Assembly (NCBI GenBank): GCA_041687695.1
Contig: JAWLBL010000025.1
Location: 76,129 to 140,128, forward strand
Reading direction: 5' to 3'
Source: Myxococcota bacterium
GTDB lineage: Bacteria; Myxococcota_A; UBA9042; PHBI01; JAWLBL01
DNA: 64,000 nt
The translations under genes were made by a program, and so were the position numbers. Below the pieces are notes generated by a model. It ran no database searches. It saw only the letters and a program-made list of their open reading frames with translations, and was not told the DNA's origin. Shown here in pieces: positions 63,794 to 64,000 of the stretch; position 1 is the stretch's first letter; each line of letters begins with the position of its first letter.

Positions 63794-64000
63794 TTCCGCC
63801 CGGGGACGACGACCCGGACTCCCGCCCCGGGACGACGACCTGCGCAACCCGCCCCGGGACGACGACCGCGGCAACCCGCCCCGGGACGACGACCGCGGCA
63901 ACCCGCCCCGGGACGACGACCGCGGCAACCCGCCCCGGGACGACGACCGCGGCAACCCGCCCCGGGACGACGACCGCGGCAACCCGCCCCGGGACGACGA
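63794..64000. repeat. Tandem array, 27-bp unit, at least eight copies, truncated by the window edge
   Basis: CCCGCCCCGGGACGACGACCGCGGCAA-type units at 63821, 63848, 63875, 63902, 63929, 63956, 63983 plus a degenerate copy at 63794. Confidence 0.93.

Noticed and set aside
63794..64000. CRISPR array interpretation of the terminal repeats (also 62160-62281 and 61649-61880)
   Set aside because: Units are head-to-tail with at most a few variable bases, no unique 25-45-nt spacers, and no cas genes in the window

Overview
Very GC-rich bacterial DNA. The gene repertoire (PEGA-domain protein, giant Cys/Asp-repeat lipoproteins, kinase-ATPase-TPR fusion) points to a Myxococcota-type organism; this is an inference, not a marker-gene assignment. 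About 45 CDS are supported. Housekeeping and metabolic genes: RlmL-like methyltransferase, heterodimeric ABC exporter, Hsp70-like protein, Baeyer-Villiger-type monooxygenase, thyA-folA, mutH, tkt, pdxB-like, fadA/fadB, OPT transporter, a ccr-ecm-meaB ethylmalonyl-CoA cassette, acyP, archease-like, ppa, a PLP lyase and CbiX-like. Three large Cys/Asp-repeat surface lipoproteins share one N-terminal module. The most unusual locus is at the right end (61.6-64 kb): an HNH endonuclease gene bracketed by two tandem arrays of the same imperfect palindrome (CCGCCCCGGGACGACGAC) in opposite orientations, with further copies inside the gene. Downstream of it lie a ~280-nt hairpin-dense non-coding tract and G-rich tandem repeats. 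The right array runs off the window edge. No rRNA, tRNA or CRISPR array was recognised. All calls are from motif reading by eye; no searches were run.
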